Assembly (NCBI RefSeq): GCF_048593235.1
Contig: NC_133622.1
Span: 199,609,198 to 199,673,197, forward strand
Length of the DNA: 64,000 nucleotides
Reading direction: 5' to 3'
DNA from: Sminthopsis crassicaudata
Lineage: Eukaryota
Shown: in pieces, positions 37,062 through 48,205 of the stretch
Numbering within the stretch: position 1 is the stretch's first letter
Layout: the number at the start of each line of letters is the position of its first letter
Translations under genes and position numbers: made by a program
The notes under the pieces: generated by a model
What the model was told of the DNA's origin: nothing
What the model saw: the letters and a program-made list of their open reading frames with translations, nothing else
The model's database searches: none

Positions 37062-37253
37062 TAGTAGTCCTCAAACTTTTTAAACAGGGGGCCAGTTCAC
37101 TGTCCCTCAGACTGTTGGAGGGCCGGACTATAGTAAAAACAAAAGCTCACACTCTGTCTCCACCCCTCAGCCCATTTGCCATAACCCTGCGGGCGCATAA
37201 ACGTCCTCAGCTGGGCCGCATCTGGCCCGAGGGCCGTAGTTTGAGAACCCCTG
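37062..37253. mobile_element. Non-autonomous hAT MITE of the OC1/OposCharlie1 type
   Basis: TIRs tagtagtcctcaaact / agtttgagaacccctg. 8-bp TSD gtatagag/gtatagaa. Internal tttttaaacagggggccagttcactgtccctcaga and ggcccgagggccgtagttt are typical of OC1 derivatives. Confidence 0.85.
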
Positions 37254-37398
37254 GTATAGAATAAATTTCTGAAGTGATGAGAAGATCTTATCATAAAGCA
37301 GTCCTGGAGACCCCTGAGCCTCCCTTCCTCCATCCAATGCTCCCAAGTCATAGTGATGCCCCAATTTAAAAATTCTCAGGGTGGGACTTAATGCCATT

Positions 37399-37402
<4 letters not shown>

Positions 37403-37452
<50 letters not shown>
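37403..37452. repeat. (TG)25 microsatellite
   Basis: Direct count. Confidence 0.98.
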
Positions 37453-37454
<2 letters not shown>

Positions 37455-39641
37455 CAGATATGTCAGTCAGAAGGGTCCCCTTCAGAAGGTATGGGTTTTA
37501 ATAGAGACTCTAAATAGGGCTCTAGGAACTTAGTTGTGCCTAAGTGGTGTTAAAGGCTATTCTACTGGACACAATTTGAGAACATGATGGTCTAGCAAGG
37601 TTTAGTACACAGAGATGGTCCCAATTCTCCTCCAAACCATTCTTTTTATGCCTCCTTTAAGGGGACTGTGATTGCTTTGTAGAAGAAGAGGTCAGAGAGC
37701 CTAGGAAATATCCCCCAAATAATGTCAGTCCCGGTTCCCAGACAGGTAGGCAAGTGAACCATTTATGTGTTCTCTACATTCTTATTATGAAATTCAACGA
37801 AAGAGAAGAGATAATGGGGTGGGTTCACATCCAGAGATCAGTGTTAATCATAAGATCGAGGTCATGTTCTATCTGTTTATTAAGTCCATTCTTCTGGTAT
37901 GATGACCAAGGAGTTAGCCAGAGTTTAGGCCTATGGGAATAAATGAATAAATGTACCTCATAGGTTGGACATTCAAGACTTACTAAGGCCTTCTAAAACA
38001 AGCAGCATCAACCAAGATGAATCCCTATGATAACGAACCCCATTCATAGGGTTAACACTTTACATGTTCAAAGTTTAAAAAGTTTCATATACTCCCTCTC
38101 TCCCTGACCCCTTCCATTCACTTGCAACTTGAATCTGGGAACCAAAAAATGATCCACTTGCTGGTTACACTCTCTATTTGAGGGTGGGAGCCTAGTCAAA
38201 CCTCAATACTTGTTACAATGTGTCAGTTGCATTTTTGAAAAATACAATTCTGAGACTTTTTAATGTTGGGAATGATTTTTATTTTTAAAATCTATAAATT
38301 GGTTAGAATGATTCCAGATTTGCTTATCTCACGTAGCACTTATGGAGATCAAAGAAGATATGCATTGTCTGTTAAGAGATTATTACTATCATAAAGTAGG
38401 AATATTCTCCACACTCACACACACACCCCTCCCCACCATAAAAGAAAAACACTTCCAGATGTGTATGGATGTACACCCATACATCAGGGTGTATCTGGTG
38501 GGTAAATCAGGATTATCATTTCAGGTCACAGATCACTTTCTTCAATTCTCCCTTTGTTATTGGTTTATGGGGTATACCAGAACACAGGACAATTATCGCA
38601 AATTCCCGAGTAATCAAAGGTTCTGAATATTCATGAGTCCTAGGGAGGTCTTTTGCTCACCCCCAGAGACAGTGTAAATTTAAAGGTCTTGGTTTTCTCA
38701 ATAACTGGCTTGGCAACTTTGTCCATGTCCCTTTCCTCCTTTCTACCTCTATTTCCAATGAAGTTGGAATAGATCATAATCTTGCTTTCTCTTCTAGATC
38801 TCAGTTTCTCCACCTGTAAAATAAGGAAGTCAAACTTTCCCTATTCTGTTTTTAAGAAGGGCTGGAATCTTCTCTCAAGTTTTTTTTTTTTTTCTTTATA
38901 TGAACTCAGGCAGGCAAAGGCTTTAGTGTTATTCAGTTGGAATGAGATCTTTCTATCATTTGCAATTTGTGTGACTTGGGCAAGTGATTTAGTCTCTCTA
39001 AGTCTGTTTTTTCACCTGTAAAATGGGTTGGTCTTTGGAGATCTATGTTTCTTTAGTCCCAGAACTACTGTGGTATGTAGGAAGTGTTTAGCTTCTTGCT
39101 CATGGCACCTAAATTAGGGGAAGTGGAGAGGGCAACAGAAAGGGAAATGATGTAGGCAGTATGTAAACAACAAGGAGATTTCAGGGTGCAGTGTAACAAT
39201 CTCCCCCTATAGAAAAAGGAAGCACTATGGGGAGCTGTAGACTCCATGAGGATTATGAGTGCAATTCCCTCTAGTCTTTTTTATTCTTCAGAATCACCCG
39301 GCAACTGCCTGCTTCTCATCCTTCCTGAGAACCACATCTGGAAAGACTAAGTCCATACTGCCCGACAGAATTGAGAGAAATCCTTATCTACTAAACAGGC
39401 CCACTAACTAGCCTTGTGAAAGCCAAGGGTCAAATCACCAAAATTATGCAGATGCGCCCTTATCTTGTGCTGAGACTGTTGCCCCATCTGAATTATATTT
39501 GTCAAGCTCTGGGGTCCTGAATGAGCACTGGTACTTTGAGTTGCATAGAGTGGTGGCCCTGGAAGTGTTGCTACCCAGTTTGAGAACGTGAGTGAAGGCA
39601 AAACCGTGATGTTTTCAGCAGGTAAGAAAGACCCAATTCAG

Positions 39642-41016
39642 TGAATCAACTCAAAAGTCAACTTTTTTATTATTGAGGAGATGGGGTGAGAATATTGAGA
39701 GAAAGGGTCATTTCTGTCTTTGCAGGAAATGCTGGTCACTGCTTGTGAAAGCTCAAGATGTTGCATTTTTTAAAAACTATAGCATTTTTTCCAAAAATAT
39801 CATTTCTTTCCCCTCCCCCCCATTTTGGAATCAGACCAAAGTCAAGGTACTGTCCTATTTCTAATGGGAAAATATTATATATATTTGCTATTCAGAAGTG
39901 TGTCTCTGCAAACCTCTGAATGCTTCAAGAAACAAATCTGCTTTAGACTATACAGCAGGCACGGAAACCATGAGACAAAATTTATTTCATGCTAGAGTTG
40001 TTTTGCATAACATGGGGCATGCATCTTTACTGTGAAATGCTAACTGCATACAATGCTGGTTGTTCTTTTAATAAATCTGGAGGCAAGTTTCTCCCCAGTG
40101 GTCTCCTGATCTTTTGGGTTCTCTTAGTCCCGTTGGCAAAGTAACATTTGGAGAATCCAGACTCTACTCATAACGAACAATTGGCCACGAAGGGCACTCA
40201 CGTTGGATCTCTACACCAATGGAATACAACAGAACCAGAGCTGGGCAATTGATCAAGACTATGATATGTCGTCATGGGTCCTGGGAGAGGTCCATGGGTC
40301 ACACACATGCGGAGGGAAACAGAGAGGGAGGACTGTGGAGGTGGTGTATTCTCACAATTCTAATTGAATCAAAGTTCTCGGTGGGTTTCCATAGGAGAGA
40401 TGAACTATGAAGGCATGGTCAATATGACCGATGACAGGCCGATCGCCCTTTTTTTAAAAAACCATTACTCTGTATCTTGTGTACCAAAACAAACAAACAA
40501 ACAAAAAACAAAAAACAAAACAAAAATGAAAAAAAAAAAAAAAAAAGAAGAAAAAGGAGGAGGAGGAGAAGAAGAAAGAACCATACAGGTTTGTGAAGAC
40601 TTCACAGTCTGGCTACAACAATGTATGTAAAAATTAAAAGAACATCAAAAAAAATTTTTTTTAGAAGCTTCTCTCTGATTTTTCTGCTTCTACATGAGTC
40701 ATACAATTGTAGGTTTGTGGTTTGTCTGTTTTTCTAGTTACTTCATGCAAATCATGCTAAGGAAGCCCTCCCTCCCCCCCACCCAAAAAAAAAAAAAATC
40801 AAAAACCAAAATCAAAAGAAAAAAAATCTTCTACAGTTTGTTACCATTGGGTTGCAGAGAAAGCCTATGTCCATCCTAGAATAAGGCCCAAAAAACCACG
40901 CGGACTCATCCTGCAAACCTGCGTGGCGGGATTGACTCTGTCCAAGGGTGAGGAGGGGCTGCAGATCCACCCAGATGTTTTTTTTAGCCACCAGTGTCCT
41001 CGGTCCTCTGGCCTTG
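39642..41016 (-). other. KCNC1: KCNC1 Kv3.1b 3' UTR (~1.37 kb, predicted end)
   Basis: Follows the exon 4 stop, lacks recognisable transposons, has U-rich tracts and ends at AATAAA 39671-39666, with a CA about 23 nt downstream followed by U/GU-rich sequence. Confidence 0.7.
39666..39671 (-). terminator. KCNC1: Polyadenylation signal AATAAA for Kv3.1b
   Basis: tttatt on the + strand; U/GU-rich downstream element ttgggtctttctt on the - strand. Confidence 0.7.
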
Positions 41017-41081
41017 TCAAGTCACTCTCACTGCCTCTGTTGACATATACTTAGCAATGACAGGGCTTTCTTTGCAAAGAT
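41017..41081 (-). CDS. KCNC1: KCNC1 exon 4 coding part (Kv3.1b end): DLCKESPVIAKYMSTEAVRVT*
   Basis: Acceptor ttgtattctttacatgcAG|AT at 41083-41082. 65 coding nt, TGA at 41019-41017. Matches the Kv3.1b C-terminus. Confidence 0.97.
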
Positions 41082-43843
41082 CTGCATGTAAAGAATACAA
41101 TCAACACTTGAGCTTCTCTCCCTGCCCTCTGCAATTCCCGGGGTCGCTGGTTACTTAGTTGTTAAGGAAATAGGATGAGGAAGGAGGAGGAAGAAGAAAA
41201 GGGAGGAGGAGGAGGAGAAGCAATGGGAAGAGAGGGGAGAAGGTGGAGTAGTTACATGCAGAGGCAGGTATAATTCTCTCCAACTGGATTGTTTGGTGGT
41301 TTCCCATGGGGTCAGCCAGGCTGACTCCTTTCTCTCTCTTTCTCTTTCTTTCTTTTTCTCTCTTTCTCTCTCTCACTCTTTCTTTCTCCTACTTGTTTTC
41401 TGAGCATTGCTTACTCCTTAAGATAGATTCCCGTGTTTCTCCCACAGTGTTCATAGGTTCAAATTTCACCAGTGTTCCTAATTTTCCTGAGAAAAACAAG
41501 TCTCCTGTCCCTGGCATGGGTGAATTTTGCCTTAGAGCTGATCCCTGACCTGTGACAGCAGATCACTGTGGGCTAGGGGACGGTCACTTGAAGGGTGACC
41601 CCCTCCCAATCTGTGACAGCCAGATGTCACCATTCACCAGACATGCAGTAACTGCCTACTGCCGCCCACCGTTCAAGGAGACTTTGGTACCAGGACTGTG
41701 TGGCTCCTAGCCTAGACCAGCTCAGTGCTACTTTAGGGGGCTATCCATTCCCTAATGCCGCCAGGAGCTCCTGGGATCCCTGGCTCCTACGAGGAAATGG
41801 AGCATCTTCTGTTCCAGTGTCCCCTGGGTCACGTGCAGCACAGCCAGGGTTGAGGAGGCAGCAAACCTTATTTTTTAAAAATGTTTTTTATTTTAGACCA
41901 TTCTCAGTTACTGATCCAATGTGCTATAGAATGGAGGGACTGGGAGTCCAGGATCAGCTGAGAGCTACACAGTAAATGGAAGGGGGGAGCCCCCAGAGAC
42001 AGACCTCCTGCGTTCTTCTTTGGGCTGCCTGTGCTGATGAGGCTTCGAGGCAGGGTGTGGGACTCCAAGGATAGCATTGGATCAACAGTGAAATGGGCTA
42101 AGAATAAGGGCTGGCGGAGGCCAGGTGGGCAGGCCTTGGTTCCGTCATGCAGTGCCATGCTGGGAAGAGGTCCACCCGAAGCAGGCTTCCCAAAGCCATC
42201 GAGGCAGAGCCAGGAGGAGGCAGGGACCGGGGATGTCCTCCTAATTCGGACAACAGCAGGAAGCAGGCAGGATGGTCACTTGTACCTACGGCCCAAATGC
42301 AAGGGGCCGGAGAACTTTTCCCCAAGTCTCTGCGGAGATGCTACCGATTGCCTCGAGGCTTCTGTTGTCCCTTTTATTTTTATTTTTGTCATTTTATTTT
42401 TGGTTTAACCATAGTGAATGTTTGAGCACCTGGAAATAAACCCAAACTACTCCAAGCTGTTGCTCAAGGGATACTCCCCACCTGCCCTCAGCATTGGAGA
42501 GCCCAGGGAGCATGCACCAGTTAGGAGACTGCTACAGACATGCACATCAGTGACAATACAAAGGACAACTGGGTCAATGCAGCACCACGGAGGGAGGCTG
42601 CCCTCCCCCATTCTGCTCCCCCCCCTCCCCTGGACCACCCCTTGCCGGTGCTTTGGAGTCTCGAGCCCCAAGGACTGGCTATTATGTTACCAAATGGGGC
42701 TCCCACCGGTGGCCCACATGGGAAGTCCCTCGGGGCCCATCCCACTGCCCAGCCTCTGCCATGCTCAGGCCATGGGAAAAGGCACCTGGATCCTTCAGTG
42801 CGGTCAGACTAGATGCCTGATGATGCACAGAAAGCTTCAGGGAATGGCCAGGTCTTGCACCCTCCTCCCTGGAGCTTGTCCCCCTTTGAGGCATCTGGGA
42901 ATCCTGCCCCCTTTCCTGCACAGATCTCAGGAGGCATCGGGGCCTTCCTGAGCATTTTATTGTTTAATCAAGAGGGCGTATGAATAGCCTACCAAGGGCA
43001 GCACTGGTCCCCTGCTGGCTCTAAGTTCCTCTCCCTGCCCCTGTCCCACCCTATAAGACTGCAGGTGCTTCAGTGGCTCATGGGAATGAAGGATTCCTGG
43101 ATTCCTGTTGGACACAAAGAGGCCCTCGGGCTGGCCCCTGTTTAAAATTTGTTTTGTTTTTTGGTGGGAGAAATCAGATTCAGAACCCAGAAGGCCTTTT
43201 CTGGACTGTGTGGCCATGGGCCAGAGAGAATGCTACGGCTGTTTTCGGAAACGGGTTAGAGCTGGCCAAGATCTTCCCTCGACACTGGGGGAGCTTGGTT
43301 TCTGGGGTGTTTTCTGGATGGGGAAGACCCTATGGTCCCCCCCATGAGGATCCTCCTGGGCTGGGCCAGGGAGGCAAAAACTAGCCCCACAGAACCATCG
43401 CTTTTCCTTCTCTTGCCTAACCACACCATCTGCCAGAACAGCTTGGAAGACCCAAGGCCTCTCAGCAAAAAACTGAATTGCCCCCATGCAGATCCTTGCT
43501 GGCGTGCCTCCGGAAAATGGCACCGAAGCAAGGTTTCCTCCAAGTATCCTCTCTCCCCTTTCCTTTGCAACTTCCTCAGCACAGGGCTGTGCACAGAGGC
43601 TGAGCTAGGGAGCCCCTTCTACTATTCCATGTTGAAGAAATGGATCCAAGTGCAGACCAAAGGTGGCTCTCTCTGTGTCCTCCCTGTGTCCCCCCCTTCT
43701 CTGCCCCTCCCTGCCCCACCAGAGGGACCCAGACGCCCTTCTCCCTCCTCCCTCCCCTCCCCTTCTACAGTGAGGGGGCAGGCAGGCCGTCCTCGTCCCC
43801 AGAGCACCGGGACCCTCGCCCAGCAGCTACTCGACCTCCTCTA

Positions 43844-44080
<237 letters not shown>

Positions 44081-46895
44081 TTAGTGGCAGGGAGGGAAGG
44101 CTCTATGTCAGGGAGATAGCTGCAAGGGGAGCACGGTGCGGTGGTCATTCCTGGCCCCTCCAAAATTAAGACAGGAGATGGACGAGGGGCAGGGGAAGGG
44201 CACCAGCTCCCCGGGCAGCCCTGGCCCACAGGGAGGGCCAGGCTGAGGTTTGCTCAAAGTTTGCAAAAAGATGAGCAGTGTGGTAGGACCGGTGGGCTGC
44301 AGAGCTAATGCTGAGGTCAGAGTCCAGCATAGGGCAGATGGCACAGAATGGACACATGGAAGGCTCACAGGGGCAGCTGTCAGACACAGATCTTAAGGGG
44401 AAGAAAAGACAAACGATGGATTGGGGGAGGGTGGGCAGAAATCCACCACCTGAGAGAAACAGAATTTTCCACATGCTAAATCCTGGAACCATCCCCTCCT
44501 AGAGCCCCGTTAGCCACGCAGTTTGCTTCTTTCCTCTGTACAGAAGAGGTCTCACAGTGGTCCATCTCCCCCCACGGTACCAGTCAGCTACTGAATTTGC
44601 TCCATTCCCATGCACAGACCAATGTAGCTGCTCAGTCCTAAAGATACTATCCTGGTCTTTGGCTCTCCGTCCTTCCATAGAAACCAAGCTTCTCACTTTA
44701 TTTGACCAATGCCCTCCTCCCCCCACTAAAAAACTACACAGGCTTCTCTGTCATTAGCATGGACCCAACAGGGGATTGAGACTGATTGTCTCCCTGAAGA
44801 ATCAGACCAGTTCAGGAGTCTGCGAGCTCTCTCCATAAAGACCAACCCAATTGGTTCCATCCAACAAATACCAGGTTAATCCAGTCTTTCTGATTTGCCT
44901 AGAGAGATCAAGTGAATTGTGGACCTTTCCTTTCCCTCTACCGACTGATACACTAGCCTTTTCATTCTACCATGACCCTACCATAAAGGCCAGATCATTA
45001 ACTCTGACTCTTCCATGCATATATACGGAAACAGAGGTCTCTCAGCCTGCTGCAGCTCCTTATAGAGACAGGGTTGGCCACAGAATCCTAGACTTGGAGC
45101 TTGAAGGGACCTTGAAAACATCTAGTCCAACCATCTCCTTTTATAGGTGAGGGAAAATTAAAAAAGACATACCCAGAGACCCACAGCAAGTGGGAGGGCC
45201 AGGAGCCACACACAAGTAATTGTGCTTCCAATGCAACATTGCTTCACTCCGCTCTGTCTCCTCATGAAGACCAGAGAGGTATCTCTGTTGAATCCTTCTA
45301 ACCATAGAGATGGGGCTGACCGCTCAGCCTAATTCATTCCCATCCTTGGGATCAGTTTGTTCTTTCCTTCCACACACACCAGAGTGAACCGTCCATTGCT
45401 GCTCTATCTCCCTACGGAGACTGAAGCAATGGCTCCGTTCTGTTCTGTCTACCTCCCTGCTTCCTCACACCATCAGTAGAGACCAGGCTAGTCCCTCATT
45501 CTCCTTGCTCACCCATAATTCAAAGGGCCAATCACTTAGTGTGTTCTATCGGGTTACTTATTGTTTAACTGTGTTAAATCCAATCGACTTGCATGTCATG
45601 GCATCACTCTCTGATGTCATGGTCCTTTTTGAGAATGAAGGACAAACAACAACCCAGTCTTCTTCTCTTTCTCGAGACCAATTTTATCACTTAGACCTCT
45701 CTGACTTCTCAAAGAGACCAGGTAAATCATCCATCTGTCCCTTTCCTCTTTAGATAGAGACCAGTCCAGTGGCACTCAAAATGTTCTGTGCATACGTAAA
45801 GACCGTCTCCCAAATACCCAAAACTCCCAATTACTTCACCATCTTTTAGTCTGTCAAGACTAGGTCTGGCCTCAGTCTGCACCGTTTCCCCCAAAAGATC
45901 AGACCATTCACCTCATCTACTCTTTCACTCAAAACAACCTATTTTCCTCGGCCACTCTTCATTCCTCTGGCTGCCCGTGCCTTCCAGTGGCCTCTGTCAC
46001 TCACGATATTTTGAACAGGAACAAGGATAATGCATGAATGAGGTTGTGACAACAGAACATGAATTTGAGAAAATAAATCCATTTTCTGTGTCTTCTCTTG
46101 TGAATGGTGCTTGTGAGACCAGCACAGAATGATATGTGTGGAAAACAAAACAGCCGCCAATGGACTTGAGAAAAAGATGAATTTCAGTCCTGTGTTTCCG
46201 GGGAGGTCTATGTAGTCTGCCTCATTTATAAAGGGCAAGAGTGAGGGCTCAGGGTTCAAGAGTCAGGGTGACTTAGGGATAATCCTTGCCTTAGGTGAAT
46301 GGCTTCTCTCCATGGCCTGGCTACCTCTCTGAGTTTTAAAAGAGGCACCTAGTTTGGGAGAAAGGGAGGAGAATTTGATGTTGAAAAAAGGGAAGAGAGT
46401 TAGCTGTGGTCCCTGCTTCTGAACAGGCTAAACTCCTTCTGGGAGCTTCCCAAGGACCCACTACCACCCAAAGGTGGTGACCTTCAGTAATCAATACCCA
46501 GTATTTGGCTTTTGTTCTGTGGACTAAAAGCCTAAAGCAGTCGTACCTGCCACTCAAAGTCAACTTCACAGCCAAAAGTCAGAAAGAAACAGGTAAGGGG
46601 CGCCAGTAACACTGATGGCTTTTGTTGGCTTACTCTCCATCATTTTTGGTCTTTAAAGGAATCATTTGTTTGAATAGGAAAGGATGATCTGTTTGGGGGG
46701 GGGAGATCTCAGATTCCAAGCTTGGCAGAAGGAAAACATCAAAATAAACTACCCCGAGGTTGCACATCTGAACTGAAAGTCCCTTTTAGGAGAGGGAAAA
46801 GAGAAAGGGGGAAATAACTTTTTTTCCTTAAAAATTAGGGGGAAAAAGTGATTAATAAAATTTCCCCAGGTAACTGGTGCTATTCTGGAACCAAG

Positions 46896-47055
46896 CACAG
46901 AGAAGGAATCCCCTTCCGTGCACACATTATGTAAGCCACAGAGAAAGGACCCCCTCCTTTGTACACATCATAGAAATACACACAGAAGGGACTCTCCCTT
47001 ACACATATCATGGCAATACACACAGAAGGGACTCCCTCCTGTACACACAGATATA
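46896..47055. repeat. Four-copy ~41-bp minisatellite
   Basis: Units start at 46896, 46937, 46979 and 47019; each is cac[a]cagaaggga..ccc.cc...tacaca.atcat...aata-like. Confidence 0.9.
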
Positions 47056-47099
47056 ACTACAAAGAGGCAGTCAGTCAAAATAGAAATGGACCAATCAGA

Positions 47100-47105
47100 T
47101 TTATT
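47100..47105 (-). terminator. KCNC1: Candidate intronic polyadenylation signal for Kv3.1a
   Basis: AATAAA with UGUA motifs upstream (47191-47188, 47167-47164), a U-rich upstream tract, CA at about 47078-47077 and U/GU-rich downstream sequence. Confidence 0.55.
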
Positions 47106-48039
47106 AATAAAGCAAATCCAAAAATCCCATTATAATTTTGGAAATTAAAAAAAAAATCTATTGTACAAGATCTTAAAGCTTTTCACTTACAGTGCATTTC
47201 TTGACAATTTGCATGGGCTCCACACCCCTATTTACTCTGAACAAGAAAGACCCAGTTACCAAGGTAACTCTGACATCACATAGTGCTGTGCTTGGGGTAT
47301 TTCTGAGACATAACGTGTCTCCTCTTGGCAGTGTGAGTGCACACGCATACATGCCTTGCATAGGTGTGCATGCACACACACGTGCACACACAAACATGCC
47401 TCGAAGACTAAGCTACCTCTCAGGCCTTCTGTGACAGGCTGGCTTGGGCTGCTGGCTGCTGGTTTCCTCAACATGGATCTGCTCTCCTTGGGGGGTGACC
47501 TCTGTCCTGGGGCCAGAACTTATCCCCACCTAGAGGGGCATGAGAAGTGTGGTTTCAGAAATGGGAAAGGGGGAAAGATTTGCCCTGAGAGCTAATCTAA
47601 GTCCCTGACGATAGCTGCCCTAAGAGAAAAGTTTCATCTTTATTTTAATTACAAGGGAAGGATGAATGGGTGTGGGAAGGATGAATGGGCAAGGTTCCCC
47701 CAAAAGGGATGAAGAGGTGGAGACTTTGGGAGCTGTCCCTGCTGGTTGGTCCAGTCTTATTAAGAATATATGGAGACTGGAGAGGGATGGAGAGACTGGG
47801 GGAATAGATGTTTCTTTCCAGAGGTCCAAGTCTCTGGGAATATATAATAAGCTTCCGATCTTTAATACATAGACCTTTTTTCTCCTATTGCCCTCTGAGG
47901 AATGAATTTTCATATGAATCCACCCCTTATAGAGTGGATCCCTTCAAACCAACAAAACCAGAAGCAGATCCCAAGACATTCCTCTATTCCATGCAATCTA
48001 GTTTACTCTCTCCTGTCTTTCCTAGGTAACCCATGGATC

Positions 48040-48205
48040 ACTGCGTTCTAGATTTAGAGCTAGAAGGAAACTTAGAAGCTATCAAATTCAACATCATTTT
48101 ACAGATGAGGAAACTGAGGCACAAGGAGACTTGCCTAGGTTTGAATAGGTGATAAGTGTCTGAGGTGGGATTTGAATCCTGACTCCAAGCCTGGTGCAAC
48201 CACTT
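48040..48205 (-). mobile_element. MIR
   Basis: cattttacagatgaggaaactgaggcacaag..gggatttgaatcct. Confidence 0.85.

Noticed and set aside
38023-38051. 8-bp hairpin ccctatga/tcataggg
   Set aside because: Roughly 20 such short-loop 8-bp inverted repeats are expected by chance in this window.
1-39641. Search for a Kv3-paralogue-type distal terminal exon (GYEKSRSL..., as in Kv3.2b) on the - strand
   Set aside because: No matching codon pattern was found by eye. If KCNC1 has one, it lies left of the window. tBLASTn would settle it.
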